Notes: generated from the letters alone by a model not told the origin. A stretch of DNA of 14,590 nucleotides from an uncultured Pseudomonadota bacterium (GCA_913020725.1 CAJWCD010000093.1:1-14590); one strand, 5' to 3'. Positions 1 through 7,665 are shown, counted from the stretch's first letter. A program made the numbers and translations.

Positions 1-104
1 CATTCGCCACGACGGAACAGTGCGCCACCCGGATTGACAGGTCCGATTGCTGGAGAGTCTTCCGAAGGTTTCCCGCAAAATTGATCGGCAAAGGGCTGCT
101 GATG

Positions 105-251
105 TTCAGACGTTTTGGTTCTTGCGAACCCCTATCGAACCCTGCCGAAGCAGGGCTGCTGCAAGCACCTTCAGGCCACGCCTGAAAAGGTTGCTGACCG
201 GGACAGCGCAGCATGCGCTGATGCAGTCAATTCCCGGTTCTCTGGATAACC
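105..251 (-). ncRNA. SAM-clan riboswitch (SAM-I / SAM-I/IV-like), atypical P2
   Basis: The minus strand shows the SAM-binding core in order: UUAUC-CAGAG (249-240), P2 ACCGGGA/UCCCGGU, AGCAACC (195-189)...GGUGCU (169-164) forming P3, a P4 hairpin with a C(UUCG)G loop (157-138), and GAUAG (136-132) closing P1. A GCAA-tetraloop hairpin follows (130-117). The RNA begins just downstream of a near-consensus promoter. Confidence 0.85.
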
Positions 252-258
252 AGATCAC

Positions 259-300
259 AGTATACGGATGTATTGATGAAATGTCAGCACTTTATTTTTT
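259..300 (-). promoter_or_regulatory. sigma70-type promoter for the riboswitch-led transcript
   Basis: Minus strand CTGACA (287-282), 17 nt spacer, TATACT (264-259), preceded by an A-rich UP-like tract (300-291). The expected start is around 253-251, immediately before riboswitch P1. Confidence 0.8.
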
Positions 301-455
301 CTGAATGGGCTGTGCAACTCCGTAGCTTTGCAGAAGCACAACCGCATTGCTGCCGGCAGGGGTGCGGCTTGCACTTCTCCCCGCAACCCGGAAACTGAAA
401 GGGGTGCCGGAGGTGAGAATCCGGTGGATGTTCATGAATTTCAAGACGTGGAGTG

Positions 456-1514
456 ATGGGCCTGAAGGCATTGTTTCAGAAGCCGACCCTGACAAGTTTG
501 GCGAAAACCTGCGGCTGAGCGGCGAAGCTCAGTCCGGTCGGGCTGTCGAAATTGTTGGAGAGTTTGCCGGTTCCGGGAAATCCGGAGGTCCTTGTGGGAT
601 TCACCACGAGCGACGACGCCGGAGTGTACCGTCTGAACGACACGCAGGCGCTGGTGGCAACGGCGGATTTCATCACACCTCCAGTGGACGATCCGGTGCT
701 GTTTGGACAGATCGCCGCCGCGAATGCGCTCAGCGATGTCTATGCAATGGGAGGAAAACCGCTGTTTTGCCTCAACCTTGTGGGGTTTCCCTCCGACAAG
801 CTGGGTCCGGAAATTCTCCACGGCATCATCGCTGGAGCGTACAGCAAGATCACGGAAGCCGGAGCCGTGTTGCTCGGTGGACACACCACTGAGGACGAGG
901 AACCGAAGTTCGGACTCTCCGTCACCGGCATGGTGCATCCGCAGCGCATTTGGCGTAACGTTGGAGCGCAACCCGGAGATGCCCTGCTGCTCACGAAACC
1001 GCTTGGCAGTGGTGTGCTTTTCAACGCGAATCTCAAAGGCTGGGTTTCGGCAGACGCGCTTCAGGAATGCCTCGATCAACTGGTGGCGCTGAATAAAGTT
1101 GCTGCCGAAACGCTTGCTGAATTCAGCGTCCACGCCTGCACCGACGTGACCGGTTTTGGACTCGCCGGACACGGTTTTGAAATGGCAAAGGGGTCCGGAG
1201 TCTCACTGGAAATGACGTTGGACGCGCTCCCGGTGTTCCGTGAAGCCCGTGAGATGTACCGACGTGGCATGACCACCGGAGTCAACCCTGCGAACCGCAC
1301 GATGGTCGGGAACTCGATCCGCTTTCCGGACAACAGTTCTGCGAAAGACCGCGAGATCGTCTTTGATCCGCAAACCAACGGGGGGCTGCTGGTGGCGCTT
1401 CCGGAAGCCGAGGCGGAGTCCGCGCTCAATGCCCTACGCGCGGCGGGAGTTGCAGCAGCGTCCAGCATCGGAAGCGTCCGGAAATTTGAAGCCGTGCATC
1501 TGAGCTTTGGCTGA
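456..1514 (+). CDS. selD: Selenide, water dikinase (selenophosphate synthetase), selenocysteine-containing
   Basis: ATG456 (or GTG453) reads MGLKALFQKPTLTSLAKTCG-U(TGA 516-518)-AAKLSP, in frame with ORF 552..1514. SelD motifs are present: GUxxK, DDAGVY, DFITP, AANALSDVYAMGG, GGHT, TDVTGFGLAGH, DPQTNGGLL. Confidence 0.96.
530..545 (+). promoter_or_regulatory. Bacterial SECIS-like hairpin of selD
   Basis: CAGUCC-GGUC-GGGCUG is a 6-bp stem (one G-U) with a G-initiated 4-nt loop. It starts after an 11-nt spacer following the UGA, and CGA(523-525)/UCG(546-548) can extend the stem. Confidence 0.75.
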
Positions 1515-1549
1515 GAGGGCTTCCGGATTGCACATCGTTTTTGAGAGAA

Positions 1550-1605
1550 CACCGAAACGCAGAGAATTTGCTCTGCGCTCTCTGTGCCTCTGCGGTGGTT
1601 TTTTT
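1550..1605 (+). terminator. Hairpin plus U7 tract after selD, built from a CTCTG(C/T)G repeat element
   Basis: CGCAGAG(1558-1564)/CTCTGCG(1571-1577) and CACCG(1550-1554)/CGGTG(1593-1597) are complementary, followed by TTTTTTT (1599-1605). The stem is irregular. Confidence 0.45.
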
Positions 1606-1615
1606 GAAGGGATGC

Positions 1616-2122
1616 ATGACTGAAGCAAAGCAAAAGCAGCGAAACTGGACAAAGATCGGGATGATTGCGGGCGGAGTGGTGCTTCTGATTGCCGTTGTGA
1701 TTGCGGTTCTCAACACCTACACCGACTTGTTTGAGGACTCTTTCAAACCCAAGCCCGAGCCTAAGCAGGTGGCGAGCAACCTCAAGTACGGAGAGCCGGA
1801 CAACGTCAATGATGACACGCCCGCCAAGGAGTTCACAGACGAGGTGATCGCCGCGTATTCCGAGTTTGAAAAGGTCTCTGCACAGATGCTGCTCGGTTCA
1901 GAATGCAGTGCGCAAATCCACATCAACGGCGGCACCGACGCCAAGTGGCGGGTGAACAAAGCCTCTGGAACCAAGGCGCTCAAGGACATTCGCAAACGGG
2001 CGGCCAAACACTCCAAGAGCCAGCGTTGCGTGGTCAGTGTGGTCTTCAATGGGGACGTGGTCATGCTTGCCAAGGGGAAGGGCAACAAAACCCAAGTCGA
2101 CTATCTGAAGAAAAAACAGTAA
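1616..2122 (+). CDS. Hypothetical protein with one N-terminal membrane anchor (168 aa)
   Basis: ATG1616 follows GAAGGGA. It has a basic N-terminus, a hydrophobic helix (IGMIAGGVVLLIAVVIAVL), a Pro/Lys linker and a Lys-rich domain with two Cys. The TTG start at 1541 given in the track runs through the repeat/terminator and is unlikely. Confidence 0.8.
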   Translation: MTEAKQKQRNWTKIGMIAGGVVLLIAVVIAVLNTYTDLFEDSFKPKPEPKQVASNLKYGEPDNVNDDTPAKEFTDEVIAAYSEFEKVSAQMLLGSECSAQIHINGGTDAKWRVNKASGTKALKDIRKRAAKHSKSQRCVVSVVFNGDVVMLAKGKGNKTQVDYLKKKQ

Positions 2123-2177
2123 GATCGGTAGCACTCAGCACCATAGCTGGCGCGACTCCACTACCCGAATTCCGTTG

Positions 2178-3200
2178 ATGAACGACTCTCCGCAGGCTGG
2201 TCCAGACCTCTCCCGTTTCAAAACCCTCGAACACTGCGCGTTCACCGATTCCGAAGGCCACTACTGCCAGGAACGTTCCGGACGAACCGGCTTGTGCTTC
2301 TGGCATGATCCGACGGTGGACAAGACCCACATGGAGGTCAAGTCGCTACTGGAGCAGCACTGCCGCGAGGGCAAATCCGGAGAGGGCTTCAAGCTGCGGG
2401 GTGTCAATCTCTCGGATGTGCATCTGGAACGTTCGGGAACCCGCATGGGTTTCAACCTCAGCTACGCCGATCTCACCCACGCCAATTTGCACGGAGCGCA
2501 CCTCTTCCGGGTGAATTTTCACCACGTCTCGCTCCACAAGGCTGATCTCAACGAGGCAAACCTCAACCGCGCCAACCTCGAACACGCCATCCTGCTCGGC
2601 ACCAAGTTCGGCGAGACGCACTTGGAGCATGTCCACTGGGGGGAGCGTGTCTTGCAGGAAGACCGCGCCCGCGAGTCTCGACGGGCCAACAAGCTCACGG
2701 CAGCGCTCACCCACTTTGAGGAGGCCGAGGAGGTCTATCGCAACCTGCGGCGTGGCGCGGAGAACCGAGGTTACTTTGAGCTGGCCGGGACGTTCTTTCA
2801 CCGCGAAATGGTGATGAACCGCCATAAGAGTCCCCTCTTTTCGTTTGCGCGCTTCCTCTCCAAGCTTGAAGATTTCGTGACCGGCTACGGAGAAAGACCC
2901 AGCCGGGTGTTGCGCTTTGCCGCGCTGCTGATCGTTTCCTACGCGCTGGCCTACTCCCTCGTCGGCATCCACGGAGACGGGCATGAAGTCATCCTAGATT
3001 CCGCCCGGACGCTGGCGGAGAACTTGGGTGATTTTGGACGCTGTGTCTATTACAGCATTGTCACCTTCACCACGCTCGGCTACGGGGATTTCATTCCCGT
3101 CAAACCGCTTGCACGCTTCTTCGCCGCCACCGAGGCACTGGTCGGCGCATTTTCCATGTCGCTCTTCATTGTTGTTTTTGTGCGCAAACGGATGCGTTAA
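2178..3200 (+). CDS. Pentapeptide-repeat protein with C-terminal two-TM potassium-channel domain
   Basis: A(D/N)Lxx repeats (ADLTH-ANLHG-AHLFR...ADLNE-ANLNR-ANLEH), a GYGERP motif, a TM helix, pore helix and filter YYSIVTFTTLGYGD (TTLGYGD at 3069-3089), and a final TM helix. Confidence 0.9.
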   Translation: MNDSPQAGPDLSRFKTLEHCAFTDSEGHYCQERSGRTGLCFWHDPTVDKTHMEVKSLLEQHCREGKSGEGFKLRGVNLSDVHLERSGTRMGFNLSYADLTHANLHGAHLFRVNFHHVSLHKADLNEANLNRANLEHAILLGTKFGETHLEHVHWGERVLQEDRARESRRANKLTAALTHFEEAEEVYRNLRRGAENRGYFELAGTFFHREMVMNRHKSPLFSFARFLSKLEDFVTGYGERPSRVLRFAALLIVSYALAYSLVGIHGDGHEVILDSARTLAENLGDFGRCVYYSIVTFTTLGYGDFIPVKPLARFFAATEALVGAFSMSLFIVVFVRKRMR

Positions 3201-3235
3201 GCTTTTCACTGCACCCCACTCTCATCGTTCCAACC

Positions 3236-3814
3236 ATGTCTCAACCCAAGCATGTGATCGCCCTCGACCTTCCGGAAATCAAGCGCGATGCGCTGGATCC
3301 ACAAATTCAAGCCTACTTCAACAAGTGCGATGAGAAGCTTGGCTTCGTCCCCAACGTGCTGCGGGCGTTTTCCCACAACGAGCAAAAACTCCAGAACTTC
3401 ATGGGGTTTTACGACGAGTTGATGCTCGGAGAATCCGAACTCAGCAAGCTGGAGCGCGAGATGATCGCGGTTGCGGTTTCTGCGGTGAACCGCTGCTTCT
3501 ACTGCCTCGTTGCACATGGCGCTGCGGTGCGCAGGCTTTCCGGAGACCCCAAACTTGGAGAACTGCTGGTGATGAACTACCGCGTCGCCGAACTGTCTGA
3601 CCGGCAGCGAGTGATGCTCGATTTTGCGGTCAAGCTCACAGAACGTCCGCACGAGATCGTTGAGGCGGATCGGCAGAAACTGCGCAACCATGAATTTTCC
3701 GAGCAGGGGCTTTGGGACATCAGCGCTGTGGCGTCCTTCTTCAACCTCAGCAACCGCATGGCTTCGGCCACGGACATGCAGCCCAACGAGGAGTACCACA
3801 CCTTCGCCCGTTGA
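3236..3814 (+). CDS. AhpD/CMD-family peroxidase-related enzyme
   Basis: LGFVPNV, LSKLEREMIAVAVSAVNRCFYCLVAH (CxxCxxxH AhpD motif), and FFNLSNRMA. Confidence 0.92.
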   Translation: MSQPKHVIALDLPEIKRDALDPQIQAYFNKCDEKLGFVPNVLRAFSHNEQKLQNFMGFYDELMLGESELSKLEREMIAVAVSAVNRCFYCLVAHGAAVRRLSGDPKLGELLVMNYRVAELSDRQRVMLDFAVKLTERPHEIVEADRQKLRNHEFSEQGLWDISAVASFFNLSNRMASATDMQPNEEYHTFAR

Positions 3815-3959
3815 TGAAAACTGACCTCTGGATGCAGCGTTTTCTCTTGAGATTCAACGGGGGATCCGTTAAAGCTCCAAGAGGTACAGACCTGAAAAGC
3901 TCCGAATTTTGCAACTCCATCAGCTTGGATCTGTAACTCCAGCTAAAAACTTAATCGTC

Positions 3960-5933
3960 ATGGCTCAAAAGCAAAAAAACATTTCTTTCAAGCATCGGCT
4001 GCAATACCGGTTCGACAACTTCATGTCAAAGGGCGGGATGGCTGTCTTCCTCGCGCTGCTCTGCTTGTTCTTCATCGCCTTCGTGATCATGTCAACGGTG
4101 CGGATGTCCGTCTTCTGGTTCTTTCCGGATGCGACCGTTGACGGACTCTCCGATCTGAACTGGCGGGTCTTCTTCCAGATCATTGATTCCGGATCACTCG
4201 CAGAACTCGACGCCGGCTCGAATTTGGCCAGCAAGCTCGTTGGCATCGTGACCATCTTCTTCGGACTGGTCCTCTTCTCCAGCATGGTCGCGTTCATTAC
4301 TCAGCAGTTCGAGGAACGGCTTACGCTGCTGCGCAAGGGTCGCAGCGCTGTGCTGGAATCCGGACACACGCTCGTGCTGGGTTTTGGAGATCGGCTCGTG
4401 GACATGTTGCGGGAGTTGATCATTGCCAATGAATCCGAGTCGGACGCCGTTGTCGTCGTGTTGGCGCAGAACGACAAGGAGCAGATGGATGACTACCTGC
4501 GCGAGCAGATTTCGGACTGGCAGAGTACCCGGATGATTGTACGCAGTGGCAACACGGCGAGTTTGCCAACCTTACGCAAGGTCGGTGTGGAACAGGCAGA
4601 CTCCATCGTGATCCTCAGCGATGCCAAACCTTCGCAGACTCTCCAAGTCAAGGAACTCGCCGATGCCCGTGTGATCAAGGCCATCATGGCCGTGCTAGCG
4701 ATCACAGGAGATCGTTCCGGAATCGCGATCGTCGCGGAACTGCACCTCATGCGCAACCGTGAACTCGCCGAGAGTGTCCAACCGGGGCGTGTCACCACTC
4801 TGGACGAAACCGATTTGCTCGCCCGCATGCTTGTGCAGACCTCCCGCAGTGTCGGATTGTCAGTGGTGTATTCCGATTTGGTGGGCTTCGAGGGTAACGA
4901 GTTCTACTTTTTCCGGCCCAAACAGGGCTGGGGACCGCTGACCTTCGGACAGCTTCAGTTGCACTTCCAACGCAGCGTTCCGCTTGGAGTCCGCAACCTC
5001 AATCACCAAATCCGCCTCAATCCCCCGCCGGACTACCCGATGCTCCCAGAGGATGAGGTGGTGATCCTTGCCGAGGATGATTCAACCATCAAGTTTTACG
5101 ACAAGGCCGTGATGGTGCCGAAAACCCTCTCCTACTCGGAACAGCGGGCGTCTGTTCCCAAGGAAAAGCACCTCATCATTCACTGGACCACCAAGACCCC
5201 GATTGTGCTGAAGGAGTACGCCTCCTACCTCACTTCCGGTTCGCAACTCCACCTCGTTGTCCAGCAAAATTCCGATGCACTGCGCCGCACCTTCACCAAA
5301 ATTGCAGAGCAGAATCAGAACGTGGCCATGCAAATCCGCGAACTCGACCTCTCTCACTATGCGGCCATCCGCGCCATTCGTCCGCATCTTTACGACACGG
5401 TGTCCATCCTCGGACGGCCCTCCGCGACTGCAGAAGAGATCGACACCCGGACTCTGCTCATCCTCCTGCAAATGCGCCGTCACTTCCGGGCCTATACAGA
5501 GGAAACGGGCGCAACCGTGACCACCAAGCTGATCACCGAGGTGGTTGAATCAGAAAACACCGAACTGGTCGTGAAAACTGGAGTCCGAGACTTTCTGCTC
5601 TCCAATCGCTTCATCTCCAAGATTTTCGCACAGGCCGCCCTCAACCCGGAAGTGATGTTCGTTTACGATCAGCTCTTCTCCGCTGAAGGCAGCGAGGTTT
5701 ACCTCAAATCGATTTTACTGTATTTTGATCCGGAAGAAGCTGGGGAGGTGACATTTGGGGATTGCATGCTCGCTGCACAAGCCCGGCAGGAGGTCTGCTT
5801 TGGCGTTAAGCTGATCGCGGACGAAGCTCACGCTGACCGCAACTTTGGCGTCCAGCTCATTCCCAAACGTGACAAACGCTTCGGCTTTGAAGCCGGCGAC
5901 TGCCTGATCACCCTCGCTGAAGACGAAAGCTAG
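3960..5933 (+). CDS. CASTOR/POLLUX/DMI1-like ion channel (TM-pore-TM plus two RCK-type domains)
   Basis: RLQYRFDNFMS, a TM helix, pore segment IIDSGSL, a second TM helix, LRKGRSAVLESGHTLVLG, RSGN, GFEGNEFY and EGSEVYL all parallel conserved blocks of plant CASTOR/POLLUX. ATG3960 is preferred over TTG3909. Confidence 0.88.
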   Translation: MAQKQKNISFKHRLQYRFDNFMSKGGMAVFLALLCLFFIAFVIMSTVRMSVFWFFPDATVDGLSDLNWRVFFQIIDSGSLAELDAGSNLASKLVGIVTIFFGLVLFSSMVAFITQQFEERLTLLRKGRSAVLESGHTLVLGFGDRLVDMLRELIIANESESDAVVVVLAQNDKEQMDDYLREQISDWQSTRMIVRSGNTASLPTLRKVGVEQADSIVILSDAKPSQTLQVKELADARVIKAIMAVLAITGDRSGIAIVAELHLMRNRELAESVQPGRVTTLDETDLLARMLVQTSRSVGLSVVYSDLVGFEGNEFYFFRPKQGWGPLTFGQLQLHFQRSVPLGVRNLNHQIRLNPPPDYPMLPEDEVVILAEDDSTIKFYDKAVMVPKTLSYSEQRASVPKEKHLIIHWTTKTPIVLKEYASYLTSGSQLHLVVQQNSDALRRTFTKIAEQNQNVAMQIRELDLSHYAAIRAIRPHLYDTVSILGRPSATAEEIDTRTLLILLQMRRHFRAYTEETGATVTTKLITEVVESENTELVVKTGVRDFLLSNRFISKIFAQAALNPEVMFVYDQLFSAEGSEVYLKSILLYFDPEEAGEVTFGDCMLAAQARQEVCFGVKLIADEAHADRNFGVQLIPKRDKRFGFEAGDCLITLAEDES

Positions 5934-5942
5934 AGAATAACC

Positions 5943-7643
5943 ATGATTAACTACGATCCAGGAAACCGGTTTCAGATCATCTTCGCCATCCACGGCACCG
6001 TCCTGCCGGCGGTTTCCAAGTACATGGCGGTCATGCTCATCTGGACAGGCGTCTTGCTGGCCGTCCATGAGTACACGGACTTGATTCCGAACGTGACGAC
6101 TCAGGCTCATGCGATGATCGGCCTCGCCCTGGGCCTCCTGCTCGTGTTCCGGACGAACACCGCCTACGACCGTTTTTGGGAAGGGCGCAAGCAACTGGGT
6201 AGCCTCGGCATTTCGACCCGCAACTTGGCAATCAAAGCGAACACCATCATTCCTGTGGAAGAACACGCCTTGCGTAGTGAGGTGGTCGCCCTCATTGGAG
6301 CTTACGGTGTCGCCCTGAAAGATTACCTGCGGGACGGGATCGACTTGGAAAAATTGGAAGATTTATCGCCCTCCATCAAAACCGATTTGAAGGGCTACAC
6401 CAACCCGCTGAATGGAATCCTGAGTTTGTTGAGCGTTCGCTTCTACTCCGGTGTTGATAAAAAATGGCTCCCTCCCCCCGTGTTTTCGGTCTTCAGCAAA
6501 AACCTCGATGAGTTGCAGGAGACCCTGCGGGCCTTGGAGCGTATTCGCACCACGCCGTTGCCGTTTGCCTATGTGAACCAGCTCAAGGTCTTCATGCTGG
6601 TTTACTTCCTGACCCTGCCTGTTGTGCTGATTCCTGCGTTCGGCTACGCCACAATTGTCGCCATGATCGTGATCATCTACGCGCTGGTCGGGATTGAGGA
6701 GATTGGCATTGAGATCGAAGACCCCTTTGGGGACGATCCCAATGACTTGCCTGTTGACAAAATCTGTCAAGGCATCCGCAAGGACGCGCGGGAGATTCTG
6801 GGGGTGTATGCGGACGAAGATGAGGGTGAGGACGAAGAGATCGCCGCGAAGGAGGTGGAAACCGATGCCGCTGTTGATGAAGGCGGAGCCGTGACCGACA
6901 CCGACACCTCCGCTCAGGAACTCGAAGCTCTGAAAACACAAACCGGAGATGTGGCCGAGGATCTGTTCCGGAAAGGGCTGCTGCTTTCCAAGACCAGTGG
7001 CGATACCATGGAGGTCTACCGCGCCTTCCACGAGGCAGCCGTGTTGGGACACGTCCGCGCCAAGTACAATCTGGGCATCCTCAATTTTAAGGGACAGGGG
7101 GTGCCAAAAAACATTGACGAAGCCTACTACTGGTTCCGGGATGCGGCAGCACATGGCAGCGCGGATGCCCGCAAGACGTTGAAATCGGTCAAAGCCCTGC
7201 GTGACAGCGAGGCCGATTTCAAGGACAACCAGAAGCCCCTCAACCCGGTCCTGATGGACACGCTCAACGAGGAGCAGCGCTTCTGGTATGCCAAGGCGAT
7301 CACGCAGATGGTAATGGTGGACGGGCGTATCGACGTTTACGAACGCACCTATTTGCACGAATCCATCAAGATGCTGGAAAATTCCGCGCACATCCAAGAA
7401 CTGGAAGAGGCGATCCTACTGGGGCGGGATTTTGAAATTGAACCCAACACCAGCTTTGCTCCGGAAGACCAAAAACGCATCTTGCAGGAATTGGTGGAAA
7501 TTGCAACAGTGGATCAGGATTTCGCTCCGCAGGAACAGAAACTCATGCAACTGATTGGCGATGCGCTGGGAGTCGCAGAGACGGACACCCACAACGTGAT
7601 CAAACAGGGTCTGACGCAGGTGCGCCAGTCCCAAAAGAGTTGA
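5943..7643 (+). CDS. Bestrophin-family channel fused to acidic linker, Sel1-like repeat(s) and TerB-like domain
   Basis: Bestrophin motifs LLVFRTNTAYDRFWEGRK, LERIRTTPLPFAY and GIEEIGIEIEDPFGDDPNDLP. Sel1 repeat GHVRAKYNLGILNFKGQGVPKNIDEAYYWFRDAAAHG. TerB-like VDGRIDVYE...IATVDQDFAPQEQKLMQLIGDALGV. Confidence 0.88.
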   Translation: MINYDPGNRFQIIFAIHGTVLPAVSKYMAVMLIWTGVLLAVHEYTDLIPNVTTQAHAMIGLALGLLLVFRTNTAYDRFWEGRKQLGSLGISTRNLAIKANTIIPVEEHALRSEVVALIGAYGVALKDYLRDGIDLEKLEDLSPSIKTDLKGYTNPLNGILSLLSVRFYSGVDKKWLPPPVFSVFSKNLDELQETLRALERIRTTPLPFAYVNQLKVFMLVYFLTLPVVLIPAFGYATIVAMIVIIYALVGIEEIGIEIEDPFGDDPNDLPVDKICQGIRKDAREILGVYADEDEGEDEEIAAKEVETDAAVDEGGAVTDTDTSAQELEALKTQTGDVAEDLFRKGLLLSKTSGDTMEVYRAFHEAAVLGHVRAKYNLGILNFKGQGVPKNIDEAYYWFRDAAAHGSADARKTLKSVKALRDSEADFKDNQKPLNPVLMDTLNEEQRFWYAKAITQMVMVDGRIDVYERTYLHESIKMLENSAHIQELEEAILLGRDFEIEPNTSFAPEDQKRILQELVEIATVDQDFAPQEQKLMQLIGDALGVAETDTHNVIKQGLTQVRQSQKS

Positions 7644-7665
7644 ACCTCGGACACAAAACTCACCA

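Noticed and set aside
48..80. GGAGAG...CCGAAGG on the plus strand resembling a glycine riboswitch
   Set aside because: The downstream CUCUCAGG core is missing, and the region is better explained as the minus-strand SAM leader.
47..495. ORFs 47..304 (+), 292..495 (-), the 5' part of 347..892 (+) and an open minus frame from 214 to the edge
   Set aside because: They overlap the riboswitch, promoter or selD and have no recognisable protein features.
2880..2900. Second GYG (VTGYGERP) as a second K+ pore
   Set aside because: It lacks the preceding TM helix and TxxTxGYG pore-helix context. GYGE-x-P is a usual pre-TM motif in this protein type.
3870..3942. Four A(A/G)CTCC motifs upstream of the CASTOR-like gene
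   Set aside because: They are short and irregularly spaced, and cannot be told from chance without homologous regions.
6363..7397. Long antisense ORFs (e.g. 6363..7397, 441..1172, 2346..2984, 11953..12705)
   Set aside because: These are shadow frames of well-supported genes, as expected from GC-rich codon bias. They show no motifs.
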